Shown here in pieces: positions 48,369 to 58,877 of a DNA stretch of 64,000 bases (the first letter of the stretch is position 1; each line of letters opens with the position of its first letter). Source of the stretch: an uncultured Clostridium sp. (GTDB lineage: Bacteria; Bacillota; Clostridia; TANB77; CAG-508). The notes under the pieces were generated by a model. That model saw nothing but the letters and a program-made list of their open reading frames with translations. It was not told the DNA's origin and did not search any database. The DNA lies in contig CAMJYG010000001.1 of the NCBI GenBank assembly GCA_946409935.1, positions 5,660 to 69,659 of the forward strand, written 5' to 3'. Position numbers and translations under genes: made by a program.

Positions 48369-49700
48369 TTGTTTAAAACATTAAAAAATGCTTTAAAAAC
48401 ACCTGATGTAAGAAAAAGATTATTATATACATTGTTATTAATAGTTGTATTTAGGTTAGGGTGCTATATAACAGTACCAGGAGTTAATAGTATAGCACTA
48501 AATGAAGCTATGGGTCAAAATAATGGTATTGCAGGATTAATTGATATGATTTCTGGAGGAGCTTTTTCAAGATTTTCTGTTTTTGCAATGACAATAAGTC
48601 CTTATATTACAGCTTCAATTGTTATACAATTATTGGCAATGATTGTTCCATCTTTAGAAAGATTAACTAAAGAAGGTGGAGAAGAGGGTAGAAAGAAAAT
48701 AAATAAATATACAAAAATTTTAACAATAATTTTAGCTTTAGTTGAAGGTTTAGGAATTTATTTATCTTATAAATCTACAGGAATATTTGTTGATGACAGT
48801 TTTTTAACAGGAGCATTAGTTGTAACAGGGCTTGTTGCAGGAACATCATTATTGATGTGGCTTGGTGAACAAATAACAAATAAGGGTATTGGGAATGGTA
48901 TATCATTATTAATTTTTGTAGGAATTATATCTAGATTACCTTCACTTGCTACAACATTATGGAATTTAATTGTATCAGAGTCTGGATTTAGCACACCAGG
49001 ATTATTGATATCTTTAGCTATCATATTAGGAGCTTTAGTCCTAGTTGCAGGTGTTGTATTCGTACAACAAGCTGAAAGAAGAGTACCTGTACAATATTCT
49101 AAAAAAGTTGTAGGAAGAAAAATGGTAGGAGCACAAAGTACACATATTCCATTAAAACTTGCTATGGCAGGTGTAATGCCAGTGATTTTTGCTTCATCAT
49201 TTATGACTTTCCCTGCAATGATTATTCAAATTTTTGTACCTGATATTGCAAGTCAAACTGGATTTTTAGCAGGATTATATAATTTTTCAATTGCTACATC
49301 AACATCTAATGTTGGAATTGGATATTCAATAGCAAATGCATTAATTTATTTACTATTGATAGTAGGATTTACATTTTTTTATACTTATGCTACATTTAAT
49401 CCAGCAGAAGTATCAAATAATATTAAGAAAAATGGTGGATTTATACCTGGAATTAGAGCGGGTAAGCCAACAACAGATTATTTATCATCAATAATATCAA
49501 AATTAACATGGTTTGGTGGGTTATTCTTGGCAATAATTGCTATAATACCAATGTTAATAAGATTCTTACCTGAAGGATTAGGCAATATTGCATTTGGTGG
49601 TACATCAATATTAATTGTTGTAGGTGTTGCCTTAGAAACAGTTCAGCAGTTAGAGTCACAATTGGCAATGAGACATTATAAAGGATTCTTAGAGAAATAG
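48369..49700 (+). CDS. secY: preprotein translocase subunit SecY (TTG start)
   Basis: 443 aa, polytopic, in the canonical position after rplO, with ..GISPYITASI... Confidence 0.95.
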   Translation: MFKTLKNALKTPDVRKRLLYTLLLIVVFRLGCYITVPGVNSIALNEAMGQNNGIAGLIDMISGGAFSRFSVFAMTISPYITASIVIQLLAMIVPSLERLTKEGGEEGRKKINKYTKILTIILALVEGLGIYLSYKSTGIFVDDSFLTGALVVTGLVAGTSLLMWLGEQITNKGIGNGISLLIFVGIISRLPSLATTLWNLIVSESGFSTPGLLISLAIILGALVLVAGVVFVQQAERRVPVQYSKKVVGRKMVGAQSTHIPLKLAMAGVMPVIFASSFMTFPAMIIQIFVPDIASQTGFLAGLYNFSIATSTSNVGIGYSIANALIYLLLIVGFTFFYTYATFNPAEVSNNIKKNGGFIPGIRAGKPTTDYLSSIISKLTWFGGLFLAIIAIIPMLIRFLPEGLGNIAFGGTSILIVVGVALETVQQLESQLAMRHYKGFLEK

Positions 49701-49732
49701 GTTTAAAAAAGAATTCTAATTATTTTTTAAAC
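49701..49732 (+). terminator. Perfect 10-bp hairpin directly after secY (terminator or processing site)
   Basis: GTTTAAAAAA GAATTCTAATTA TTTTTTAAAC. Confidence 0.45.
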
Positions 49733-49788
49733 AGGTTTATTTCTTTGAAAGAAAGCAAAGATAATAAACAGTGAATATAGATTGTTAT

Positions 49789-49817
49789 GTTATAGGAATT
49801 AATATTTTTCCTATAAC
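49789..49817. repeat. GTTATAGGAA..TTCCTATAAC hairpin (second copy)
   Basis: GTTATAGGAATTAATATTTTTCCTATAAC, compared with GTTATAGGAAATGGCATTTCCTATAAC at 25346-25372. Confidence 0.6.
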
Positions 49818-49936
49818 GTAATAGTTTATAGTATTTAGATGTAGGTTTATATATGGTAAAAACTAATGAAGATTTTTAGTATATATAAGCTTATAATTGT
49901 TTATAGCTGAATTAAAATAAAGGAAGTGTTTATAAT

Positions 49937-50617
49937 ATGGTAATTATAATGTTAGGAGCGCCTGGTACAGGAAAAGGAACAGTTGCAAGTATTTTAGAAG
50001 AAAGATTAAATGCTCCACAAGTATCAACAGGTGATATTTTTAGAAAAAATATTTCAGAAGGTACAGAATTAGGAAAATTAGCTGAAAGTTATATTTCAAA
50101 AGGAAATTTGGTTCCAGATGATGTTACAATCGGATTAATTAAAGATAGATTACAACAGGAGGATGTAAAAGAAAACATTATATTAGACGGTTTTCCAAGA
50201 ACAGTTGTACAAGCTGAAGAATTAAATAAACTTCTTGAAGAGCAAGGAAGAAAAGTAGACATGGTTATTAATTTAACTACTCCTAAAGAAGAAATTATAG
50301 AGAGAATAGTAAATAGAAGAGTTTGTTCAAATCAAAATTGTAAAACAGTATTTAATCTAGTTTTAAATCCTCCTAAAAAAGAAGGAATATGTGATAAATG
50401 TGGACATGAACTTGTTCAAAGAAAAGATGATAATGTTGAAACAGTTGAAGCAAGAATAGAAAATTATTTAAAAAATACAAATGCATTAGTAGAATATTAT
50501 GAGAAAATGGGAGTTTTGCATACTGAAGTAGTAAGTAAAAGTATAAATAGAATGGGTGCAGATGTTGCAAATGATATTGCAGAATATTTATTAAAGGAGA
50601 CGAAATTAAATTGGTAA
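49937..50617 (+). CDS. adk: adenylate kinase (zinc-lid type)
   Basis: P-loop GAPGTGKGT and lid CSNQNC..CDKCG. Confidence 0.95.
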   Translation: MVIIMLGAPGTGKGTVASILEERLNAPQVSTGDIFRKNISEGTELGKLAESYISKGNLVPDDVTIGLIKDRLQQEDVKENIILDGFPRTVVQAEELNKLLEEQGRKVDMVINLTTPKEEIIERIVNRRVCSNQNCKTVFNLVLNPPKKEGICDKCGHELVQRKDDNVETVEARIENYLKNTNALVEYYEKMGVLHTEVVSKSINRMGADVANDIAEYLLKETKLNW

Positions 50618-51381
50618 CAATTAAATCAAAAAGTGAAATTGAGTTAATGAGAGAAGCTTGTAAAGTTGTTGCTCTAACATATAAAGAATTAGAAGAAAAA
50701 ATAAAACCGGGAATGTCAACATGGGAATTAGATCAAATAGCAGAAAAAAAGATGAGAAGTTTAGGGGCGATTCCTGCAGAAAAGGGGTATGATATAGGTA
50801 TAAAAGGAGTACCACCTTTTCCTGCATCTATATGTGTATCAATAAATGATGAAGTTATTCATGGAATTCCATCAAAAAAAAGAATAATAAAAGATGGAGA
50901 TATTGTTAGTATAGATACAGTTGCTTTAAAAAAAGGATTTAATGGAGATGCTGCAAGAACATTCATTGTAGGAAAAACATCTAAAGAGGCCGAAAGATTA
51001 GTAAATGTTACAAAACAAGCTTTTTTTGAAGGAATAAAATATGCAAAAGCTGGAAATAGACTAGGAGATATCTGTCATGCAATAGGAGAATATGTTCATT
51101 CAAATGGTTATAGTGTTGTTAAAGAATTTCAAGGACATGGTATTGGAAGAGAAATGCATGAAGATCCGGGAATTCCAAACTATGGTAAAGCAGGTAGAGG
51201 AATTAGATTAGAACCAGGTATGACACTTGCAATAGAACCAATGGTTATAGAAGGAAAACCTAATATTCTTGAATTAGATGATGGTTGGACAATTATAACA
51301 GAAGATGGAAGTATGGCAGCTCATTATGAAAATACAATTTTAATTACAGAAAAAGAGCCAGAAATATTGACAATGCTTTAA
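50611..51381 (+). CDS. map: type I methionine aminopeptidase (TTG start)
   Basis: ..DGDIVSID.. and HGIGREMHEDP. Confidence 0.95.
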   Translation: MVTIKSKSEIELMREACKVVALTYKELEEKIKPGMSTWELDQIAEKKMRSLGAIPAEKGYDIGIKGVPPFPASICVSINDEVIHGIPSKKRIIKDGDIVSIDTVALKKGFNGDAARTFIVGKTSKEAERLVNVTKQAFFEGIKYAKAGNRLGDICHAIGEYVHSNGYSVVKEFQGHGIGREMHEDPGIPNYGKAGRGIRLEPGMTLAIEPMVIEGKPNILELDDGWTIITEDGSMAAHYENTILITEKEPEILTML

Positions 51382-51468
51382 TAATGATGTATAATACAAT
51401 AGTTATTATACACAATGGAATTATTTTGCAAGAAAAAATGTAAATGCTCTTTAAGGAGGTAGAAAAAA

Positions 51469-51687
51469 TTGTCAAAAGAGGATGTTATTGAAATAGAAGG
51501 TACAGTAGTAGAAGCTTTACCAAATACCAATTTTAAAGTGGAATTAGAAAATGGACATCAAATCTTAGCACATATTTCAGGAAAATTGAGAATGAATTAC
51601 ATTAAAATTTTACCTGGAGATAAAGTTAAGGTAGAACTTTCACCTTATGATTTAACAAGAGGTAGAATAACTTGGAGAGCAAAATAA
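51469..51687 (+). CDS. infA: translation initiation factor IF-1 (TTG start)
   Basis: [52 protein letters not shown]. Confidence 0.95.
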   Translation: MSKEDVIEIEGTVVEALPNTNFKVELENGHQILAHISGKLRMNYIKILPGDKVKVELSPYDLTRGRITWRAK

Positions 51688-51802
51688 AACAAATTTAAAT
51701 TATTAATATAATTTGAATCTGCTTAGAAAATAACAGTTTTCAATATAATAAGTATAAAAAAATTAACCCAAATATATAACATAAAATAGAGAGGTGAAAA
51801 AA

Positions 51803-51916
51803 ATGAAAGTAAGACCATCAGTAAAAAAAATATGTGACAAATGTAAAGTTATAAAAAGAAAAGGAAAGATTAGAGTTATTTGCGAAAACCCTAAACATAA
51901 ACAAAGACAAGGATAG
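51803..51916 (+). CDS. rpmJ: 50S ribosomal protein L36 (37 aa; below the ORF-track size cut-off)
   Basis: My own translation is [37 protein letters not shown]. An RBS GAGAGGTG lies upstream. Confidence 0.95.
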   Translation: MKVRPSVKKICDKCKVIKRKGKIRVICENPKHKQRQG

Positions 51917-51932
51917 TCTAAAAAAGCTTACA

Positions 51933-51988
51933 ACACAAATTTAGATAGCGGCTGTGAAATCTAAAAGATTTCTTATCAAATTTGTGTT
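51933..51988. repeat. Hairpin in the rpmJ-rpsM spacer
   Basis: ACACAAATTT..GAAATC TAAAA GATTTC..AAATTTGTGT. Confidence 0.5.
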
Positions 51989-52097
51989 TATATACATGTC
52001 TAAAAATAAAAAAAGACTAGCAGTAAACGGCTAGTGCATTTCACTTTTTTTAAATAAGACAAAAATAAAACAATTAATTTTGGAGGTGCAAAAAAAT

Positions 52098-52469
52098 ATG
52101 GCTCGTATAGCAGGAGTAGATTTACCTAAAGAAAAAAGAGTTGAAATAGGACTTACATATATTTATGGAATAGGAGTATCAAGTTCTAGAAAAATTCTTG
52201 AAAAAGCTGGTGTTAATCCAGATACTAGAATTAAAGATTTAACAGACGATCAAGTTAATGATATAAGAAAAGTTATCGATGAATCTTACACAGTTGGTGG
52301 AGACTTAAGAAGAGAAGTTGCTCTTAATATTAAAAGACTTACAGAAATAGGATGCTACAGAGGATTAAGACATAGAAGAGGTCTTCCAGTAAGAGGACAA
52401 AGAACAAAAACTAATGCTAGAACAAGAAAAGGTCCTAGAAAATTAGTTAGTAAAAGCAAAACTAAATAG
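52098..52469 (+). CDS. rpsM: 30S ribosomal protein S13
   Basis: [26 protein letters not shown]. Confidence 0.95.
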   Translation: MARIAGVDLPKEKRVEIGLTYIYGIGVSSSRKILEKAGVNPDTRIKDLTDDQVNDIRKVIDESYTVGGDLRREVALNIKRLTEIGCYRGLRHRRGLPVRGQRTKTNARTRKGPRKLVSKSKTK

Positions 52470-52544
52470 TTTAAATTAATAATCATAAATTTAGAAATTT
52501 ATAAATTCAGAATAAAAATTTTGAATAAGGAGGATTAAGGCAAA

Positions 52545-52940
52545 ATGGCAAAAAATGTAACAACAAAAAAAGTTGCTAGAAGAAACAGAAAAAATGTTGA
52601 AAAAGGTGCAGCTCATATTCATTCTAGCTTTAATAATACAATAGTTACAATTACAGATGCACAAGGAAATGCAATTTCTTGGGGAAGTGCTGGTGAATTA
52701 GGATTTAAAGGTTCAAGAAAAAGCACTCCATTTGCTGCAGGTCAAGTTGCTGAAACAGCAGCTAAATCAGCTATGGAACATGGATTAAAATCTGTAGAAG
52801 TATTTGTTAAAGGACCTGGAGCTGGTAGAGAAGCTGCAATTAGAGCACTTCAAACAGCTGGTCTTGAAATAAGTGCAATTAAGGATGTAACACCAATACC
52901 ACATAATGGTTGTAGACCACCAAAAAGAAGAAGAGTTTAA
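52545..52940 (+). CDS. rpsK: 30S ribosomal protein S11
   Basis: ..[20 protein letters not shown]... Confidence 0.95.
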   Translation: MAKNVTTKKVARRNRKNVEKGAAHIHSSFNNTIVTITDAQGNAISWGSAGELGFKGSRKSTPFAAGQVAETAAKSAMEHGLKSVEVFVKGPGAGREAAIRALQTAGLEISAIKDVTPIPHNGCRPPKRRRV

Positions 52941-53069
52941 TAATAAAAATATAGTCAAAAAATAATAGGGTTAAACACATATTCACATATATATGGACAA
53001 TCTCTTTAGATGTGAATAGTTAAATTAAGTGTATGTCCCTTGTCATTAAAATAGGAAAGGAGTATAAAA

Positions 53070-53696
53070 ATGGCAAGATATAAAGACGAACAATGTCGTA
53101 GATGCCGTAGAGAAGGACAAAAATTGTTCTTAAAAGGTGAAAGATGTTATACAGACAAATGCAGTATTTCAAGAAGAAACTATGCACCAGGACAACATGG
53201 ACAAAAAAGAGCAAAACTTTCTGAATACGGAACTCAATTAAGAGAAAAACAAAAAACAAAAGCATATTATGGAGTTGGAGAAAAGCAATTTAGAAAATAC
53301 TTTGAAATGGCTTCTAATAAAAAAGGTGTAACAGGTGAAAACCTATTACAAATATTAGAAAGTAGATTAGATAATGTAGTTTATAGATTAGGATTTGGAA
53401 CATCAAGAGCTCAAGCAAGACAATTTGTAAATCATGCTCAATTCGAAGTAAATGGTAAAAAAGTTGATATCCCTTCATATTTAGTTAAAGCAGGAGATGT
53501 TATTACAGTTAGAGAAATTAAGAAAGATAACACAACTTTAAAAGTTAATATAGAAGAATCAGCAAAAAGACCAATCCCAGCATGGCTTGAAAAAGATAAT
53601 GAAAAATTAAGTGGTAAAGTAATCAGATTAGCAGCTAGAGAAGACATTGATATTCCAATAGAAGAACATTTAATAGTAGAGCTTTACTCAAAATAA
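53070..53696 (+). CDS. rpsD: 30S ribosomal protein S4
   Basis: [26 protein letters not shown]. Confidence 0.95.
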   Translation: MARYKDEQCRRCRREGQKLFLKGERCYTDKCSISRRNYAPGQHGQKRAKLSEYGTQLREKQKTKAYYGVGEKQFRKYFEMASNKKGVTGENLLQILESRLDNVVYRLGFGTSRAQARQFVNHAQFEVNGKKVDIPSYLVKAGDVITVREIKKDNTTLKVNIEESAKRPIPAWLEKDNEKLSGKVIRLAAREDIDIPIEEHLIVELYSK

Positions 53697-53812
53697 TAAG
53701 GGAAGATAGTAAATATAAAGATTTAATCAAAACTTTAAAAATTTTACTTTATAATCTTAGAAATTTTTTGGAAAAGTTTGAGATTTATTCTCTCGAATAT
53801 TAGGAGGTAAAA

Positions 53813-54760
53813 ATGATAGAATTTGAAAAGCCAAATATTGAATGTTTAGAAGTAGATGATACAAATAATTATGCTAAATTTGTATGTGAACCATTAGAAA
53901 GAGGATATGGAGTTACAATAGGAAATTCTTTAAGAAGAATTTTGCTTTCATCACTTCCAGGTTGTGCAATAACTAGTGTAAAAATAGATGGGGTATTGCA
54001 TGAATTTTCTACTATACCAAATGTAGTAGAAGATGTACCAGAGATAATCGTTAATTTAAAAAATGTTAGATTAAAATTCGATGGAAATGAAGAAAAAGTT
54101 TTAAGAATTGACTTCAAAGGTGAAGGAGAAGTTACAGCTGCAGACATAATAACAGATGGAACAATAGAAATATTAAATCCGGATTTACATATTGCTACAG
54201 TTTCAGAAGGTGGAAACCTAAAAATTGAAATGACAGCAGATAGAGGTAGAGGATATAATTCATCTGAGAAAAACAAAAAAGCAAATCAAGATATATCTGT
54301 ACTTCCAATTGATTCTATCTATACACCTGTAAAAAAGGTAAACTATCAAGTTGAAAATACTAGAGTAGGGCAAATGGTTGATTATGATAAATTAGTTATA
54401 GAAGTATGGACAGATGGAAGTTTAAAGGCACATGAGGCTTTAAGTTTAGCTGCAAAAGTAATGACAGGACATTTAGAATTATTTATAGATTTATCTGAAG
54501 CTACAAAAAATACACAAGTTATGATAGAAAAAGAAGAATCTAAAAAAGAAAAAGTTCTAGAAATGTCTATAGAAGAATTAGAGTTATCTGTAAGATCATT
54601 CAATTGTTTAAAAAGAGCAGGTATTGCTACAGTTGAAGATTTAACAAATAAATCTGAAACAGATATGATGAAAGTTAGAAATTTAGGAAAAAAATCATTT
54701 GACGAAGTAACTGCAAAATTACATTCATTAGGCTTAGATTTTGCGAGTGAAGACGAATAA
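53813..54760 (+). CDS. rpoA: DNA-directed RNA polymerase subunit alpha
   Basis: ..[22 protein letters not shown].. and C-terminus [15 protein letters not shown]. Confidence 0.95.
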   Translation: MIEFEKPNIECLEVDDTNNYAKFVCEPLERGYGVTIGNSLRRILLSSLPGCAITSVKIDGVLHEFSTIPNVVEDVPEIIVNLKNVRLKFDGNEEKVLRIDFKGEGEVTAADIITDGTIEILNPDLHIATVSEGGNLKIEMTADRGRGYNSSEKNKKANQDISVLPIDSIYTPVKKVNYQVENTRVGQMVDYDKLVIEVWTDGSLKAHEALSLAAKVMTGHLELFIDLSEATKNTQVMIEKEESKKEKVLEMSIEELELSVRSFNCLKRAGIATVEDLTNKSETDMMKVRNLGKKSFDEVTAKLHSLGLDFASEDE

Positions 54761-54842
54761 AATTATAGACAAAAGTGTATAAGAAATTCTTTATTAATTG
54801 TTTAATGCAAAATATGGAATATTCTTGAAATGATAAAGGAAG

Positions 54843-55379
54843 GTGAAAAAATTGGCTACTAATAGAAAATTAGGAAGAACAACAGATATCAGAATGGCAA
54901 TGTTAAAAACACTTACAACTGATTTAATTATGCATGGAAAAGTTGAAACAACTCTTAACAGAGCAAAAGAAGTAAAAGCTATTGCTGATAGTATAATATC
55001 TCTAGCTATTAAAGAAAAAGATAATTTTGAAATGGTAGATGTTAAAGTAGTTAAAGCTAAATTAGATTCAAAAGGTAATAAAGAAACTGAATTAGTAAAA
55101 AGTAAAAATGGTAAAGAATACTTAAAAGTTGTTAAAGAAGAAACTACTGAAAAAAGACAAAAAGATATGCCATCAAGATTAAATGCTAGAAGAAAAATAA
55201 TGAGAAAAGTAAATAAAGTTAAAGATAACGAAGGTAAAAATGTAGATTTACCATCAAAATTATTTAACGAAATTGCTCCTAAATATGCTGATAAAAACGT
55301 AGGTGGATATACTCGTATAATAAAAGCAGGACCTAGAAGAGGAGACGGAGCAGAAGTGGCAATATTACAACTTATATAA
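54843..55379 (+). CDS. rplQ: 50S ribosomal protein L17 with a Lys/Glu-rich internal insertion
   Basis: ..[31 protein letters not shown].. and C-terminus [24 protein letters not shown]. The start is GTG 54843 or TTG 54852. Confidence 0.9.
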   Translation: MKKLATNRKLGRTTDIRMAMLKTLTTDLIMHGKVETTLNRAKEVKAIADSIISLAIKEKDNFEMVDVKVVKAKLDSKGNKETELVKSKNGKEYLKVVKEETTEKRQKDMPSRLNARRKIMRKVNKVKDNEGKNVDLPSKLFNEIAPKYADKNVGGYTRIIKAGPRRGDGAEVAILQLI

Positions 55380-55403
55380 TTTATAAAAATATTATATTGA
55401 GAA

Positions 55404-55433
55404 TGGGGATTATTTATATCCCTGTTTTTTTTT
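55404..55433 (+). terminator. Terminator of the alpha operon
   Basis: GGGGAT..ATCCC followed by T9. Confidence 0.65.
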
Positions 55434-55483
55434 ATAACTAATCACTGGCGCTGACTTCTAATTACATATGGCTGACTAGCAAC
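55432..55483 (-). repeat. Family D half-element
   Basis: TTATAACTAATCACTGGCGCTGACTTCTAATTACATATGGCTGACTAGCAAC is similar to the reverse complement of 29118-29170. Confidence 0.75.
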
Positions 55484-55655
55484 TCTAAAGTAGCTACGCA
55501 ACTCGAAGTGAAAATAAAAAGTTTTTATTTTCAAAGGAAAGTCATGCTTTACGATTGTATAAAAAGAGCTTTGATCTTCGCGGAACAAATAAAAAAAGAT
55601 TGCATATATTATTTAAGAGATTGAATTTTGCCTTGAGAAAGGAAGGAATTTTAAA

Positions 55656-56006
55656 ATGAATTTTGTATTACATATATTTTTTTGGACACTTGCAATTTAT
55701 GGATTAATAGAAATTGTAAAAAATATTATTTACATAAAAACATATACTAGATTCAGATCTAATGGTATCTATTTAATAATAGCGGTAAAAAATCAAGAAG
55801 ACAGAATAGAAGGCTTTTTACGTTCTATTTTATTTAAAATTTTATATGGAAGAGAAGAAGATTTTAAAAATATTATAGTAGCCGACTTAGAATCAACAGA
55901 TAACACAAAAGAAATTTCTAAAAGATTATCAAAAGATTATGATTGTTTGAAAGTTTTAAATTGGAAAGAATGCAAAGAAATTATAGATAATGTTGATGAG
56001 AATTGA
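55656..56006 (+). CDS. Small membrane-anchored protein with a GT2-like N-terminal fragment
   Basis: It has an N-terminal TM. ..IIAVKNQEDRIEGFLRSIL..IIVADLESTDNTKEI.. resembles the start of a family-2 glycosyltransferase fold, but the protein is only 116 aa. Confidence 0.45.
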   Translation: MNFVLHIFFWTLAIYGLIEIVKNIIYIKTYTRFRSNGIYLIIAVKNQEDRIEGFLRSILFKILYGREEDFKNIIVADLESTDNTKEISKRLSKDYDCLKVLNWKECKEIIDNVDEN

Positions 56007-56232
56007 GTTTGAACTAAATTACAATTTTGGCTGTGCAAAATATCATTAAAAATGCGGTTTACTTTGGGCATATTGAAACTATAACAGGTAAAGCCTTTAC
56101 AGTCTTATCAACATACAAAAAAGTATGCATACATGCCTTTTTTTTCAAAAAAATGTTTAAAGTTTTTTTTCGTATAATTTTGTAAATTTTTGCAATACTA
56201 AAAATATAAAATGAAAAATAAGGAGGAAAATT

Positions 56233-56787
56233 ATGAAAGCAACAGGTGTTGTAAGAAGAATAGATGACTTAGGAAGAGTTGTTATACCAAAAGAAATACG
56301 AAAAACATTAAGAATAAAAGAAGGAGACCCTTTAGAAATATTTACAGATAGAGAAGGTCAAGTGATTTTAAAAAAATATTCTCCTATAGGAGAACTTTCA
56401 GAATTTGCAGCAGGATATGCAGAAACACTATCAAAAACGACAGGGCATATAGCTTGTATAACAGATAAAGATACTATAATTGCTGTATCTGGTGGTTCAA
56501 AAAAAGAATTTTTAGAACAAGATATTAGTAAAGAATTAGAGCAATTAATGGAAGACAAAGAAGTATATACAAGCAAAGATAATAGTGACATAGCAATGCC
56601 CATAACCAAAAACGAAAATCAAGAAAGAAAATATAATGCTCAAGTTGTTTATCCTATTATCTCAAACGGAGATACGATAGGGACAGTAATATTAATTTCT
56701 AAAGAAGCTAATGGAAAAATGAATGATGTAGAAAAAAAGGTTGCTCAATCTGCTGCAACGTTTTTAGGAAGTCAGATGGAAATTTAA
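56233..56787 (+). CDS. spoVT: stage V sporulation protein T (AbrB-family regulator)
   Basis: MKATGVVRRIDDLGRVVIPKEIRKTLRIKEGDPLEIF plus a GAF-like C-terminal domain. Confidence 0.9.
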   Translation: MKATGVVRRIDDLGRVVIPKEIRKTLRIKEGDPLEIFTDREGQVILKKYSPIGELSEFAAGYAETLSKTTGHIACITDKDTIIAVSGGSKKEFLEQDISKELEQLMEDKEVYTSKDNSDIAMPITKNENQERKYNAQVVYPIISNGDTIGTVILISKEANGKMNDVEKKVAQSAATFLGSQMEI

Positions 56788-56796
56788 ATTTAAAAT

Positions 56797-56841
56797 AAAA
56801 AAGATATTCGGTAAAAATTATAATTACTAATATCTTTTTTT
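56797..56841 (+). terminator. Terminator of spoVT
   Basis: AAAAAGATATT..AATATCTTTTTTT. Confidence 0.7.
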
Positions 56842-57034
56842 AGTATTTTAGATAACTTGACAATTAATAAAAAGTTGTATAATAACGTTAAATTTAAATT
56901 AAAAAATATATTTATAATGATAAACAATTCTACGAGATGTGTTAATGATTCTATAAGAGCTAAATTAGGCAAGATATAATAGATATCAATAGTTTATAAA
57001 GATAATAATTGATGAAAAATATAATATACAAATA

Positions 57035-57094
57035 TAATATTTTAAATACTAAAAAGTCTTGTAGCTATATTAGTTACAAGATTTTTTACTGCTA
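57035..57094 (+). repeat. 60-bp direct repeat, copy 1 (contains a terminator hairpin)
   Basis: TAATATTTTAAATACTAAAAAGTCTTGTAGCTATATTAGTTACAAGATTTTTTACTGCTA. The near-identical copy is at 59176-59235. Confidence 0.85.
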
Positions 57095-57315
57095 GAATTG
57101 GAGTGGGCTATCCTTACGTATCCATTAAATAATGGATATATGTATCAATCAAAAAATGCTCTCCAAAATTTTGGGAAAATAAATTTGATATGAAAAAAAT
57201 ATACTACACAACGTCCGCATGAATTTTATTTGTAAATAGGTAGAATAAAAATTTAAAAAATGATATAATAAATCCATACCTAAAGTTTAAAATTAAAATA
57301 TAAAAAGAGGAAGTT

Positions 57316-57660
57316 ATGATTAGAAAAGATGTTATAAAATATTGTTTAGAATTACCAAATGTTTATGAAGATTATCCGTTTCCAGATGATAATGATTCAG
57401 TAACTATGAAACATAAAAATAATAGTAAATGGTTTGCACTAATTATGAATGTTAGAGGAGAAGATTATTTAAACATTAAAACAGAGCCTGAATATTCAGA
57501 ACTATTAAGAAAAACTTATGACTATATTATTCCAGCATATCACATGAATAAGCAACATTGGAACACTATAATTTTAAGTGATAAATGTGATAAGGAATTA
57601 ATTAAGGAATTGATAGAACAAAGTTATGAATTAACAAAGAAGCAGAAGAAGAGGTATTAG
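57316..57660 (+). CDS. MmcQ/YjbR family DNA-binding protein
   Basis: ..YCLELPNVYEDYPF..WFALIM.....YLNIK.EPE....L......I.PAYHMNKQHWNTI... Confidence 0.7.
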   Translation: MIRKDVIKYCLELPNVYEDYPFPDDNDSVTMKHKNNSKWFALIMNVRGEDYLNIKTEPEYSELLRKTYDYIIPAYHMNKQHWNTIILSDKCDKELIKELIEQSYELTKKQKKRY

Positions 57661-57863
57661 AAAAAGACTTAAAAGGATATATGGAGAATATAAGAAAGAA
57701 GTAAAATACAAAGTAATTCCGTTTGTATGGTAAAGTTAAAATAGTAAGTTATTGTGATGTTCAGAATATAAGTAATATTGCGAGCAAGTTAGATAAAAAA
57801 ATAGTAGATTATTTAAGAAATTATTCAATTAATATACATAAAAATGGAGGATTCGATAAAATG

Positions 57864-58877
57864 AACAAAGGAGAGAAAAGAAAGGAATTCGTAAAAAAAT
57901 TAAAAGAAGTAAATAGTCTAATGAATTGGTGTAAAATAAAAATCAATCCAGATGAAACGGAAGAAATTGATGATAGTGAAATAAAGAAAGACTATGTATA
58001 CTGGAAAGAAGATGATGACCACCTTTTTGAAGAGTTATGTAAAGATAGAATTTTTGAACAATTATCTACAATAGAAAAAATACTAAAAATACACTGCTTA
58101 GTCTGCAAGTATTTTGTTTTTGATGATTTTTGTTATTTCTTAGGAAATTATAATAAAGAAAAAAATATATGTGCAATAGATTCAAGATATGGAAGAAATC
58201 CTAATTCAGTATGGATAGAAAATAGAAAAAAACATAACAGAAGGATATGTTATGAATTATCTAGGTATATGGCTGTTAGATTAAAACAATTCATCAAGGA
58301 AGAATCAGACATTTTTTTGGTGTCAGATGAATATGAAACTCATTATGCTACAGCATATGTATGTGATGATTTTATGATTATTATTGACACTGATGATTAT
58401 TGGAAAGGTGCAGATTTAAACAGAGTAAAGTTGGGATTAGAAATAAAGGGTATAACTATAGTAAGTGATGAAAAAAATATAGTTAAAGAAAAGTTAAATG
58501 AAATAAATAAAACAAGAAAATCAAAAAAAGAGTTTGAAAAGGAAATTGAAGATGATCCGGTAGAAAAATCAAGAATTGAGTGGATAAATATATTGCTAGA
58601 AAAAATTAAAATAATAGATAATGATGGTATATTTAAGTATATGTATACAATACTGGAAATGAAAGGATACGAACCTAAAAAAATCTGGGAAAAAGAGGAT
58701 ACAATATATAAGGAATCTTTATATATGCGTTGGAACATGAAATTTATGGTTATAAATTCATCAGGAATAAAAATACTAAGTGATAGAGAGTTTAATGATT
58801 ATATTCATGAAGGAAAATACTTACATAATAAAGAGAGATATACAATAGCAGAGAGGATGGAATATGATGGAAGATAA
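57864..58877 (+). CDS. Hypothetical protein (about 337 aa)
   Basis: ATG 57864 is preceded by GGAGGA, so the ORF-track start 57723 is less likely. I recognise no family. Confidence 0.5.
   Translation, partial: NKGEKRKEFVKKLKEVNSLMNWCKIKINPDETEEIDDSEIKKDYVYWKEDDDHLFEELCKDRIFEQLSTIEKILKIHCLVCKYFVFDDFCYFLGNYNKEKNICAIDSRYGRNPNSVWIENRKKHNRRICYELSRYMAVRLKQFIKEESDIFLVSDEYETHYATAYVCDDFMIIIDTDDYWKGADLNRVKLGLEIKGITIVSDEKNIVKEKLNEINKTRKSKKEFEKEIEDDPVEKSRIEWINILLEKIKIIDNDGIFKYMYTILEMKGYEPKKIWEKEDTIYKESLYMRWNMKFMVINSSGIKILSDREFNDYIHEGKYLHNKERYTIAERMEYDGR

Noticed and set aside
38177-52097. I asked whether the recurring hairpins in the ribosomal cluster could be a CRISPR array.
   Set aside because: The repeats are 100+ nt imperfect palindromes of variable sequence, separated by essential genes. 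There are no short identical direct repeats with regular unique spacers, and no cas genes.
146-54276. Many ORF-track entries are antisense to, or out of frame within, conserved genes. Examples are 146-442(-), 1795-2106(-), 7290-7619(-), 29549-30022(-), 38729-38929(+), 39188-39604(-), 39655-40020(-), 46623-46883(+) and 53869-54276(-).
   Set aside because: They overlap well-supported genes and translate to low-complexity F/L/I/S-rich strings, as expected from the reverse strand of AT-rich coding DNA. They also lack an RBS. I treated them as shadow ORFs.
56085-56150. A possible degenerate family C element (CAACATACAAAAAAGTATGCATAC) downstream of 55656-56006.
   Set aside because: Only the loop-like core is recognisable and the right arm is missing. 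The GGCAT..ATGCC stem plus T-run is equally well explained as a plain terminator.
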